From Camelus dromedarius (Eukaryota): a DNA stretch of 64,000 bases. Under the pieces are notes generated by a model. That model was not told where the DNA came from. It was given only the letters and a program-made list of their open reading frames with translations, and made no database searches. The stretch covers positions 88,910,001 to 88,974,000 of the forward strand of contig NC_087437.1 of the NCBI RefSeq assembly GCF_036321535.1, given 5' to 3'. The position numbers were made by a program, and so were the translations under genes. Shown here piece after piece: positions 39,759 to 50,785 of this stretch (position 1 is the first letter of the stretch; each line of letters starts with the position of its first letter).

Positions 39759-41282
39759 TTTTATGCTTATTGAGATTGGGTTGGATGGATAAAAAAATAT
39801 ATATCTGAAGAAAACCCCACATAATACCCAAAAGAGAAATATACAAATAAATGTAACAATCTGCTTATGGGTTTCACCCTTAGCTGAAGGATTTGAGTGC
39901 TGGATTGTGAAAATCAAGAGAAGAATAGTGTTAGAGGTTCTAAATGGGAAGGAGAACACATGAAAATGACTTAAAATTTGAAGTCAATTGTATGTACAGG
40001 GATATTCTTAATCAGAGCGGAGAACTGTGATTGTGAGGGAACATGGCAAGAGATGCAATCCACAGAGTAATTTAGGGATGTAAGTAATTAGGGATGTAAG
40101 TAATTAATTTAGTAATTAATGCTTCTCCCTAAAGCTGTGGGATACAGTATAGTATCCAAAGTCCCGACCATACTGGTTGAATCACAACCTGAAAGTAGAG
40201 TCTGCCCCAGCTCTGAGAGTGGAAAAGAAACGTTAACGCTGAGAAAATGCTGTAAAGGAAGAATTGGTAAAATCTAATGATGTGAATGTGAGATGTACAG
40301 GATTAAGGATTCAAAAAATAATATTTAGATTATGGGCCTGAAGAACACAGAGTTTGGGATTTGAATGCCTAAAAAATTCAACTGGATTTTGAGACTCCTC
40401 CACAATTTCCTGAAAGAACTATAATTGATTTGTTGGAATGAATGGAATGGTTTATATGTACTTGAGGCAGACCATAGTCCATTCTGCAATAAGAAGTAGG
40501 TTGTCAGATTTATTATTGTATATAAGTGAAAAAATATTACTCAGAACAGACGTTTAGATTTCCCAACATTTTTATGTTGACATTTCAAGTTGAAAACCAC
40601 AGTCAGCAAATACTAATTTTATACTTTCCTAGCCAGGTATCTATTGCCCTGTTGTATAATTTTACTACAACTGCTTTTTAGGTTTGGCTGGTAGAAGTCT
40701 GCACTGCTACATTAATTTGAGGATTTATTAGGTTTGATTTTTAAAAGAGAAGTTCCAGTATAAAAAGATATACAGTCAAAAACTGATGGGAAGAGTCATT
40801 AATAAATGTTTAGTCCTAAATTATGGATAGATTTATTATTTAAAGTTAAATAGAAGTGTATTTTTTCATAAGTTATTACATGAGGAATAAACAGAAGAAA
40901 AGATAAATGTGGGATTTCTTCCAGAAGTTTATTTAAAAGAATACTATAGCAATCCAGAGTATACTTATTCCCATGGCTTTCTGGTAATTCTAGAATATTC
41001 TAGAACTGATAGTGTTTGTAAAAAGAAAAACCTCTACCCTGCTCTGTGTCAATGGAAGCAGTGAGCTAGTAGATACCCCTTGGCAATGATATTCCCATTA
41101 GATAGCAGATCTAAGTGACATGGTGGTGTTGTCAATTTCATCTTTTCTAGGATATTCTTCAGGACCCAAGACAACTATCTCCAATTTTTTTTTCTTAATT
41201 TTCCTAATAATTCTTTATGTCTGTGGAGAGGAAGCTGACATAGAGATTTGGCTCTAAACTGCCTTCTTGATTCCGACAATAT

Positions 41283-42052
41283 CATACAGTGTTGATTAAA
41301 AGCATACACTCTGGAACCAAACTGTTTGTATTTATATCCCGGCCTGCTGTTTACTAGCTATGTTAACTTGAGTAAGTTACTTAGATTATGTTTCAGTTTT
41401 CTTATCTGTACAATAGGTAAAATCATAGTACCTACTTCATAGGATTTGATGAAAATTAAATAAGCACCTTAGTCCAAGTCTTTTAGAAAACAGAGCATGA
41501 GAGAAGATTTAAGCAGCTAACCTTTTATTTTGGTGGTTTCAGCCTAGAGCTTAAGAGTGAGAGAAAAAGGAAACTTGTAACAAAGGAGGTAAAATGATGA
41601 GATACAGTGTTTATCAATCTGGGTTCTATTTCACAGGAAGCCTCCTAAAGACAAAGTGGGTTTCCTGGTAGGCATGTTTATTCTGTATGTGGGATTACCT
41701 GGAAGGGTTGTCATAAGGAACAACCACAGAAAAGAGAAGGGAGGGAGAAGTTATCTTCACAACTCCTCATCTGTTTCCATCTGTTCCCATCAGTCCAAGT
41801 TTGTCTCAGTGCAGAGCTGGCTCTTATGCAATTCAAGATTGTCATCCAGCCCTTGGTGTTTGCTCCAGGAATCCTGCAGATATTCATCTGAGTCTGAAAG
41901 TGGAGAAGAGTCCTAGCAGGAGTAGAGCTTGGTGGGAGGGAGGCCATCAAAGAAATCTGAGAAGGTGTCCAGAGTGCTTAATCCAATGAATTAATACTTG
42001 TAAAGCACTTAGAAGAGTACCCAGTGATGGCAAATATGTGTTTGCTATTATT
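41283..42052 (+). mobile_element. MIR split by an old ERVL-type LTR (LTR33/LTR16-like, - strand, ~41468-41985)
   Basis: MIR head and core 41283-41462; MIR tail resumes at ~41986 (atgaattaatacttgtaaagcacttagaagagtacc). Confidence 0.65.
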
Positions 42053-44694
42053 ACTCTGAGACAGGCTGAGGAGACGTAAAGTAAGAATGAGACTTGTAAA
42101 TAAGGGGTTGCACTTGATAGTTTGTAACGAGTCTAATTGTCCCAAGATTGTCTCTGATGTCATGGGTTAAACTGTAAACATAATTACAACTCCCTTGAAC
42201 AGATTAAAAACACAAAGAGGGAGCTAGAAATGGTCAATTCTTCCAAGTTTTTTCCCCAGCCAAGACACAGATAGTGATTTCAGAGCAGACTCACTCTAAT
42301 TTGGGTGATGGTCAAGGTACCCAGGGGTTCTGACCGCAGAGAGAGTAAACTAATCCTGCCATGGTTTTGGAGTGGATACCAGAGGAATACATGGGGCATG
42401 GTATTTGACTTTCTTTCCGGAAGTCTCCCTTTAATAGGGTCTCTTTCTGGCTGCAAGGCTCGTGAGTTGAGAGAAGGCATTCCTGAAGAAGACTGGAGTC
42501 ATGGAATACGTCCTGAAGGACAACTAGCTACAGCTTTTGGGAGCAAAGCATAGAAAGTTTCTAGTAAATGCGGTTCTGCCCAGAATCACAAGGATGGACC
42601 TGACCCATGCCTCCATGGTGAAGATTGGTGAAAGCTATGCGATGCTTCAAGAAAAATAAATAAATAAATAAAAGTACAAATACAAAAGCCTGAACATTAT
42701 CTATATCCACCCTTGGCGCCTCCTCTATCTATCCTCATTCTACATTTAAGGTCTCAAGTTACAAGTCCTCAAAGTTTTCATGAAACTATTTCAGTACAGT
42801 ATTTTCAAACGTAAAAGTATGTCAGACATTGACATTCTGTAAATAGGCAATGTAATTTCAAACTTACTATGTAAATCTGAGTCATCTAGATGCTGACATG
42901 ACAAAATTCCTTTTTTATAATTTTAACTGTTTTTCAAAAATTAAAAAAAGAATGCTGTTCTATTTCATTCTAATTAATATCACTAAAATGGAAAGAAACC
43001 AAATGTATCAGCCTTGACTACTCGAATGTTAAGTGGGATTCCCTCCTTGAAGACATTTTTGCATCGTCAAGGGATTAAACTGGCAGCTGTCAGGCTGCTC
43101 TCATGCAGACCACAGAATTTGCCCCTCCTTCTTCGTGTCTGATGGAGATTTATGCCAGATGCTCAGAAGAAAGGACAGGATTTCAAAATCTTAAAGTCAG
43201 CATTAAGGGGGGAGTGGGTTGCAGGAGAAAAAAAAGTGAATTGTTTCAGCATTCTGAAATACTTGAAAGCTTGGAAATGTGTGGTGTTAGCATATAAATT
43301 ATCTAACACACAGACATAGCTACCATCAAATTAAAGATTCAGAATACTTAATTGGCCCTAGTGGGTTTTTTCTTGGTCACATTGTTTTCTTGACTTCAGG
43401 AAAATGTGGATGGATTCTGAGATGCTTACCACAAAAACTCCAAATTTTCTTTTATGATTGCATCACTGAAATAAACAGATGAAATTACCAAGAAATGATC
43501 ATTACCCAAACTTTAGAGTCTACACTCTGAATGTATAATTCCTATGATTTTTTAACATGTAGATAATGTAAAGGGAAACTGCTGTGAAGATTTTTTCTTT
43601 CCATTGTTGTCTTTTAAGAACTAAAATAATACCACATTTTTGTCACTTAGCAAAGAATACTATGTAAATAAGATTTGTGGGTTTACATTTCAATGTCTCA
43701 AAGCTATGATTTAATTAATTATATCTGGATTAATTAAAAATAAATTTGATCCTAAAAAGATCTTATGAATATTTTTCACTTTGTAGTCATACTCTTTGGA
43801 ATGTTTCATTAACTTGACCCCATCAGCAACTATTTTTGCTAAATTTAGAAAACTTTTTCTCCACACTACCAGGCACTAGGGCTAAGGGGTAAACACATTG
43901 ATTTTTTAAAATATAAAGCCTTACTCTTGAAATAATTAAACTTGAGATTAGATTCCAGCAGTAAGAGTTTGGCATGCAAGCCTGCTTGAACCAGCCATTT
44001 GATTCTGTAAATTATCTAAAAATTTACACAATTCTCTGATTCCCTGTTAACAATTATATTTCTTCAAATACCACTGTATCCATTCCAATAATGTTGTAAG
44101 CTCCAACTACACAATACATTGTAGGTGAACTTCATCACAGTAAAAGTGTGAAAATACATATCTCAAAATAACAAGTTTTTAAATATTGCAGAAATGCATT
44201 ACTAAATTTTCAGAGAATATTAATAGCAATTCTGAACAATAACACTTACCTTGCTGAAGAGCTGCAAAATTGCTCTTTGTATTAAAGCAGAGAGTTGCAG
44301 AATTGCAACTTTTAGACTGAATTTCTTCAAATATACACATTCACACTAACTTTTGATTTAAGATTTTAAAAAAAGGCTGCAAAGATATTTTTTGTAAAAG
44401 TCACTATTGAAATATAACATGACTCACTCAAGTTATTCCTCCCTAATCCCCCTACAGTTATGTTTTGTTTCTATTTTTGTTTTCTATCATCACAGAAAAA
44501 TAAAACACCCACTTTTTAAAATACCTATTAGAAAATAATCCTAGAGCAAGTGCAATTATCATGTGCAGGACACTGGATTTAGATGTTTAGATAATCTCTA
44601 TCCCAAATCAGCCAATCTATCTAAATTTTTGTTGTGTGTGTGTGTGTGTGTGTGCATGCACACAATATCAGATTCCTATTTGAAAATAATCAAA

Positions 44695-45025
44695 ACTGTG
44701 GCAGACATTAAGTTTTTCACTGAAGATTTTAGATTCTCCTGCACACACAGAAAGCTTGGCCCTTGAAGTTAGGCATGACTACATGAATTGCTTTAGTCAA
44801 TGAAATGTGAGCAGAAGCATTTAAGAGCTGGGGTGCAACTTACCTTATCCCTTTTTCCTCAGCGCAGGCGGGGTCCCTGAATGAACCTGTTATGGGAAGA
44901 GTCTTTTCAGTTTGTGTTGGACATTCGGTATTAACAACAACAACAAAAAGAATAAATAAATCAACCTTCCTTGTTTAATCCACTAAGAATTGTTACCACA
45001 GCTGATATTAGGCTTTCTTGATTGT
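44695..45025 (+). mobile_element. MaLR LTR (MLT1I/J-like)
   Basis: cccttgaagttaggcatgactacatgaattgctttagtcaatgaaatgtgagcagaag. Confidence 0.65.
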
Positions 45026-45418
45026 CTCTCTCTCCCCCTTCCCTGTTTTTCTCTTCTTCATTTTTTTCCACCCAAATACTTACAGAGAGTAAAACTGTGT
45101 AGTCAATCTTCTTTTCTAAATTAGTAGAGTAAGAAGGAATAAAAAGACAAAATGTCTAATTGAAGCCCAGTTAGAAAGACAACACTGGACTATTTTGTCT
45201 CTATATATGTCTCTCCCCATTTTTAAAACAAATTTCAAATAGTAAACCTGGTCATTCTCTCCTCTCTCCAATACATTCTGTACCTGATAAGCACCACTTC
45301 CCAATGTCTTTTCCCTGCACTGTTTAAGTAGATACTTGGTGTAAAAAGCAGATTGAGGGAGAGGCACAAAGAAAATGAGTAACAGAGAAAACTTGCTGTA
45401 GAAAAAGTCTGGAAAATA

Positions 45419-45736
45419 ACTTTGAATGGAGTGTAATCTATAAAAATATCAAATCACCATGTTGTACACCTGAAACTAATATAATATTGTAAATCAACCA
45501 TACTTCAATAAAAAAGATATAATATGGGATACTTATCAAAAATAGTTTAAATGCTATTGCTTTTGATTCAGTAATTTAAAAATGGAAATTCATAGAAAGA
45601 AGTTAGGAATGCATAGGGTACCTTTATGACCTTAAATGGTCACCTTAAGGGCAGATACCACCTATGCCATGAAATGTTCTTTGGCAATAAAATTGGTTTG
45701 ACTCACCTAAAAAAAAAAAAAAAGAAGAAGAAAGAA
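45419..45736 (+). mobile_element. Short L1 3' end with a ~190-bp 3' extension and a second polyA tail (probable 3' transduction)
   Basis: L1 terminus 45419-45515, extension 45516-45708 with AATAAA at 45686-45691, polyA from 45709, near TSD agaaaaagtctggaaaata / agaaaaagactgtaaaaata. Confidence 0.75.
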
Positions 45737-47079
45737 AGAAAAAGACTGTAAAAATATGAAATGCTTTAGTCAGTATTGTTAGTCTGATATCAGTTTTGTT
45801 ACTAAATAACAAGGTGAATCAATAAATTATTTCCAATGTGTCATCATCTGTCAAATCCATGATTCAGTCTCTATTTTAAGTTTGGAGTTTCTAGAGTTCC
45901 ATTTCTAATGTATAATTATCCCAGGCCACACCTAACGTCATTTGAATCAGTCTCTCAGTGGCAGTGAGACCATTTTTGTGTGTGGGGGGTGCTATTCAGA
46001 TGGGTGCCCTAAGAACTGAAGACGTATTTTGACATGATTCCCATTGTCACATTAGAAATGAGTGGATGAGTGGCAAACACGGATTTAAATGCAAACAATA
46101 TTTGAAGGATTACACCATATCTTAGTGTTTCTTCCAAGAACTGTTTTGGTTATGGTTGTTATTTTGTAATTCTAAGTGGCTCTAGGAACACCCAGGTGCC
46201 CAACATGAATTGAAGTGTAGAGAACACAACACAAAAGGGTCCATGGGTCTCATTGTAGGAACGCCTTTGTTAGATCCCATGATGATAACTGGGGAAAGCG
46301 TTCGAGTGGCAGAATACTGTTTTAGTATTTTTGTTTGTTTTGAGGAGAGAGCTTCTCACCCACCTTATCCCTATTTTTGTCGTGCCTTTATTTTCTGTTT
46401 ATCTGTCTTCATTTCCCGACCTACTACCTGACATAAGCAATTTTAATTACTTGGTTCTGAAAATGTCTTCTGGAGAGAAATTTATATTATCTTCTGTGTT
46501 GCAGCAAATTGCAGTCATTTAGGAACAGCTGCTGCCTCCTTCAGGCGTGCCGAGAGTGTCAAGGTATACTCCCCACTCGGATCTGAAGGTCGAGGACTGT
46601 AGTCAGAGAGCTCCTGCATCGGCCTTTCACTGGTTTTCCTTTTGCTCAGCTCACATTTCATCTTTACTCCTTTTCCACTTTTCTCCTTGAAAGAGTGGAG
46701 ATACATTGTTGCTCTGATTTTTCTTGGCAAAAATAAGCTTTCATTTTGATTGAAACATTTAATTTTGAGTTGTATATTCACTGTAAGTTTTATTTTATTT
46801 TGCTGTATTTATTTCCAAACTCAATTTTGTGGAATTACGACCCTCAGAGGTAAAACTGTTTTTATGTGTGGGTGCATATAATGGTAGTTGACAATAGATT
46901 TTTATAGGGTATAAAAACGTCTCTTCACTTTAATTACTTTGAATGATCACGAAGGAGAATAAAATTTTAAAAGTATGTATAACATTTAAAAATAATTTAC
47001 TTCATTTATTTTAAATTTAAAAGAATAAAGTTATTAGGAAATGGTTTATCAGGTTCTGAGAAAACAGACAGTGGGGGTG

Positions 47080-47515
47080 TGGAGCACGTAGGCTGTGTAT
47101 CACTGAGCGTCTGCTGAGCCACACCTGTGCAAAGGCGGGGACGGAGGCAGGACTGGCCGAAGGAGGAGCCAAAACGCGGCGCAGACCCACTGCGTCTGCA
47201 CCTGTGGGTAAAGGGGGTGGCGGAGCGTGGCTTTCCGTGCAGAAGTACATGTCAGCTGACCCCACAGCACATTTTGAACGCCTTTCAGAGTTGCCATGTA
47301 TTGGGACAAGAGGGACAGACATTTATTTCCCTAACAGTCATTGCGAAATGCATGCCGCTAAGTAGTAGGGACGTGGCCTTAGGCAGCTTTGCTCTGCATC
47401 TGAGGTGGTCCCTGAAGTGCACTGTGAAGACTGTTGACGTAGCTCCAGCAGCTGGGGTGAGGAGCGCTGCCTTCAGGGACTGACTGCTTGCCACGACACT
47501 GGGCAAGTACGCATA
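47080..47515. promoter_or_regulatory. CpG-rich promoter-like element (weak CpG island)
   Basis: About 20 CpG in ~430 bp by hand count in an otherwise CpG-depleted window; GC box ggcgggg 47134-47140; not recognisable as a repeat. Confidence 0.6.
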
Positions 47516-49502
47516 ACTTTCACATTGTATGTATGTATAAATGTACGTTTATCTTGCGGAGGAGATGTGAATAAAGATGTCCTAATACTATTTAAATTTT
47601 TGCCAAAACTTACCCAAAACGCAATTATTCTCTTAATGTTCAATCATCCCCTTGAATATTCTACATCAGTAGGTTACTCTATTAATTTACTATTTTGCCT
47701 TTTTGTACAATTTAGAAAGTAATAATCGTCATTTGTGAAATGAAAAATATCAGATTGAAAAAAACAAAAATATTTTAAATGAGAAAGACAACCTAAACGA
47801 GTTATGTACAAATGACTTTACCTAAGATGTATTTTACTGAGTTAAAATGGCATTGTCTAGTGGTTAAATATTAGTCATTGCCTAATAAATAGAAACAGAA
47901 AGGCATATCAACTATTAAAAACAGAAAATAAGGCAGAAGGGCCAAGATGGCAGAGGAGGATGCTGTTAGCTCACCCTCTCCCACAAATACACCAAGACTG
48001 ACATCCACAGACTCACCCAGCCAATCAGAACACCTGCTGAACTTTGACAGAACATTGCCTTCTTCAAAAGACAAAATAAGTCACAAGTCTGGTAGGAGAA
48101 AAGGAAAAAAGATGGAAGAAAAAGAAAAATAGTGTGGGACCGGTACCATGGGGAGGGAGTGGCCAAGGAGGAACAGCATTGATCACTGGGTCTCCTCCTC
48201 TCCAATGGAGAGGTCAGTAGGACCGAGAGGGAATCTCCGAGGCCTGGATCTGTACGGAACAGCCCTTGACCAATAGAACTAAGTTAAACGGGCACAAAGT
48301 GTCCCTGCGACCCCTGTCCTAGACGCAAACTGGCAGAGGTGGGAAGGGACAGGCTGCCGGAGCTGGGCAGAGGACTCGTGCCCACTGTACAGAGGCAACC
48401 CCGGGGGACTGCAGTGGGCTGTGCGCCATGACTGGAAGGGTTCACATTAGAACAGCCTGGGTCCCCCATAAAATACAAACAAAAAGAAAGCAATACGGCT
48501 GGGGGAGGGATGCATTAGTCTTTATCTCCTCAGACCCACAGCACCATTACTGGTGTGTTCTCCAGAGAAGAGAGGCAGGGCCCAGCCACAGCTGCCACTT
48601 CTCCAGAGCACCACTTCCAGGTGGAGTCCAGGTCAAAACCTGAATCCTTACCTAGGGCTCCACAACCTCATAGAGGGGACTGAGGTTTGTTTACAGCCCC
48701 AGGCAGAGGGGACCATTCTGCCCCAGTGCCTCTGTGAACTTGTGCTTCTAAGACAAAAGAACAAGGAGCAGAGTTCCAGCACAGAGCAGGGGCAAGGGCT
48801 GGTGTGGCCGTTTTCTCCAAGCCTGCCTATGGAGTGTGGACCCAACATGGCACAGGTGTGGCACTGAACGGGGGGAGCAACCCACCCACCTACTGGCACT
48901 GGGAGCAGCACAGACCTGGGGTGAGACCAGAGGGTTTCTGGAAACGGCGAGGTGAGTTTGCACAGCAGGGTGAGGGCAGGAGCAGCAGCAACCACAGAAT
49001 AAGAAGGAGGCCCCTTTCAATAGCCAGCACAAGCTCTGGCCACCACAGCACTGGCCACACCTCCAACCAAAGGGATCACAGACAAAAGGCACAGAAGAAA
49101 GACTTGACAACCACCCATACTTAAGAAGAACCTCTCGACAAAATTATTAAGATCGCACAGTATCCACAGGAATACATTCACTTCTTTTTTCTTTTCTCTT
49201 TTCTTTTTCTTTTTAAATTTTTAATTAAAAAAAAGTTTATGTATCTATTTTTTAATCCTTTTAAAATTTTTGTTTGAAAATATTTACAATTTTTTAACTG
49301 TTTTGATTTGATTTTTATTTCTCTTTCTTGTTCTTCTCTTATTGATTATATTCTGTTTTCAAATTTTTTCTTTAAAATTTTTTTTTAGTTTTATTTCCAC
49401 CTCTGCTTTAGATAGTTAGATAAACAAACAAACAAACCCCTTCAGGACCACGGTAGATAACTGATACTCCATAATCCATAGTGCCAGAGAGATATAAGTA
49501 AA

Positions 49503-50375
49503 ATGAAGAAGCAGAGGAACCAACCCCCAATCAAAAGAACAAGAGAAATCTTCTAAAGGAATGACAATGAAATAGACTTTGATAGTCTACTAGATCATGA
49601 TTTCCAAAAAAGGAGTGATCAAAGAACTGAAGGAAATAAAAGAGATTGTGACTAGAGACAGAGAACATGTCAAAAGGGAAATTGAAACTATAAAGAGGAA
49701 CCAATTAAAATAGGAAAAATCATTTGCTGAGAGAAGAGCTGAGCTAAAGTCTGTAAAATGTAGGCTAGATAATGCAGAGGAATGAATAAGTGACTTAGAA
49801 GAAAGGAAACAGAAATCACCCAATCAGAACAGCTGAGGGAAAAGCAAATAAAAACCAATGAAAACAACATCAGGGACCTATGGGATAATATAAAGCATGC
49901 CAACCTATACATAATAGGGGTCCCAGAAGGAGAAGAAAGAGCAAAGGGGATTGAAAAGGTATTTGAAGAAATCATGACTGAAAACTTCCCAAACCTAAAG
50001 AAACAATCAGATATCCAACTACAGGAAACACAAAGGGTCCCAAACAAGAACCCAAACAGACTCACACCAAGACATATTACAATCAGGATGGCCAGGGTTA
50101 AGAATAAAGAAATGATTCTAAAGGCAGCAAGAGAAAAACAAAGAGTTACTTACAAGGGAACCCCCATAAGGCTTTCAGCTGATTTCTCTACACAAACACT
50201 GCAGATCAGAAGGGAGTGGCAAGATATATTCAAAGTACTGAATGAGAAAAAGATGCAACCTAGGATATTTTATCCAGCAAGGCTATCCTTTAGAATAGAA
50301 GGAGAGAGAAACAACTTCACAGACAAGCAAAAACTAAAAGAATTTAGCAACACTAAACCTGTGCTAAAATATTGA
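49503..50375 (+). pseudogene. L1 ORF1p, disrupted in the N-terminal half
   Basis: Open C-terminal part MTENFPNLKK..TPRHITIRM..ILKAAREKQRVTYKGTPIRLSADFS..YPARLSF; stops and frameshifts upstream of 49974. Confidence 0.93.
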
Positions 50376-50785
50376 AAGTTCTTCTCTAAATAGAAAAGAA
50401 GGATGCTACAGAAAGGAGAAAACCACAACTGGAAAGGTAATAACTACACTGAATTATAACAGAATAATAATGAAATTGTAAGAGGACATCTAATTCATTA
50501 ACAGTGGGAGAGGGGAGCAAGAAAATATAGAGACCTTTCTTTCTTTCTTTCTTTTTGTTCTCAGTAGGATGAGTTTGAGCTTATATTACTGTCAGTTTAA
50601 AACAAATAGATATAGTAATGGGTTAAATATGTATAAGCAGGGTAACCACAAGCCAAAAGCTTACAATAGAGTCACAAAAACTAAAAAGAAACCGAGCTAA
50701 TACAAAGGGAAATTATCAAACCACAAGAATAAAAAAGAAAGGAACCAAAAGGAAATATCAAATCAACTGCAAAACTAAGTTCAAA

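Noticed and set aside
39428..39959. Overlapping ORFs of 78-132 aa
   Set aside because: Produced by the TA/TG microsatellite
40066..40106. Tandem 17-bp duplication (tagggatgtaagtaatt); a similar 15-bp duplication at ~20338-20367
   Set aside because: Ordinary slippage duplications with two copies only; not CRISPR-like or an array
46515..47506. Several 69-118 aa ORFs on both strands
   Set aside because: Expected from higher GC content; no recognisable homology or consistent frame
47947..49124. ORFs in GC-rich sequence
   Set aside because: They lie in the L1 5'UTR; no support for a conserved ORF0-like product
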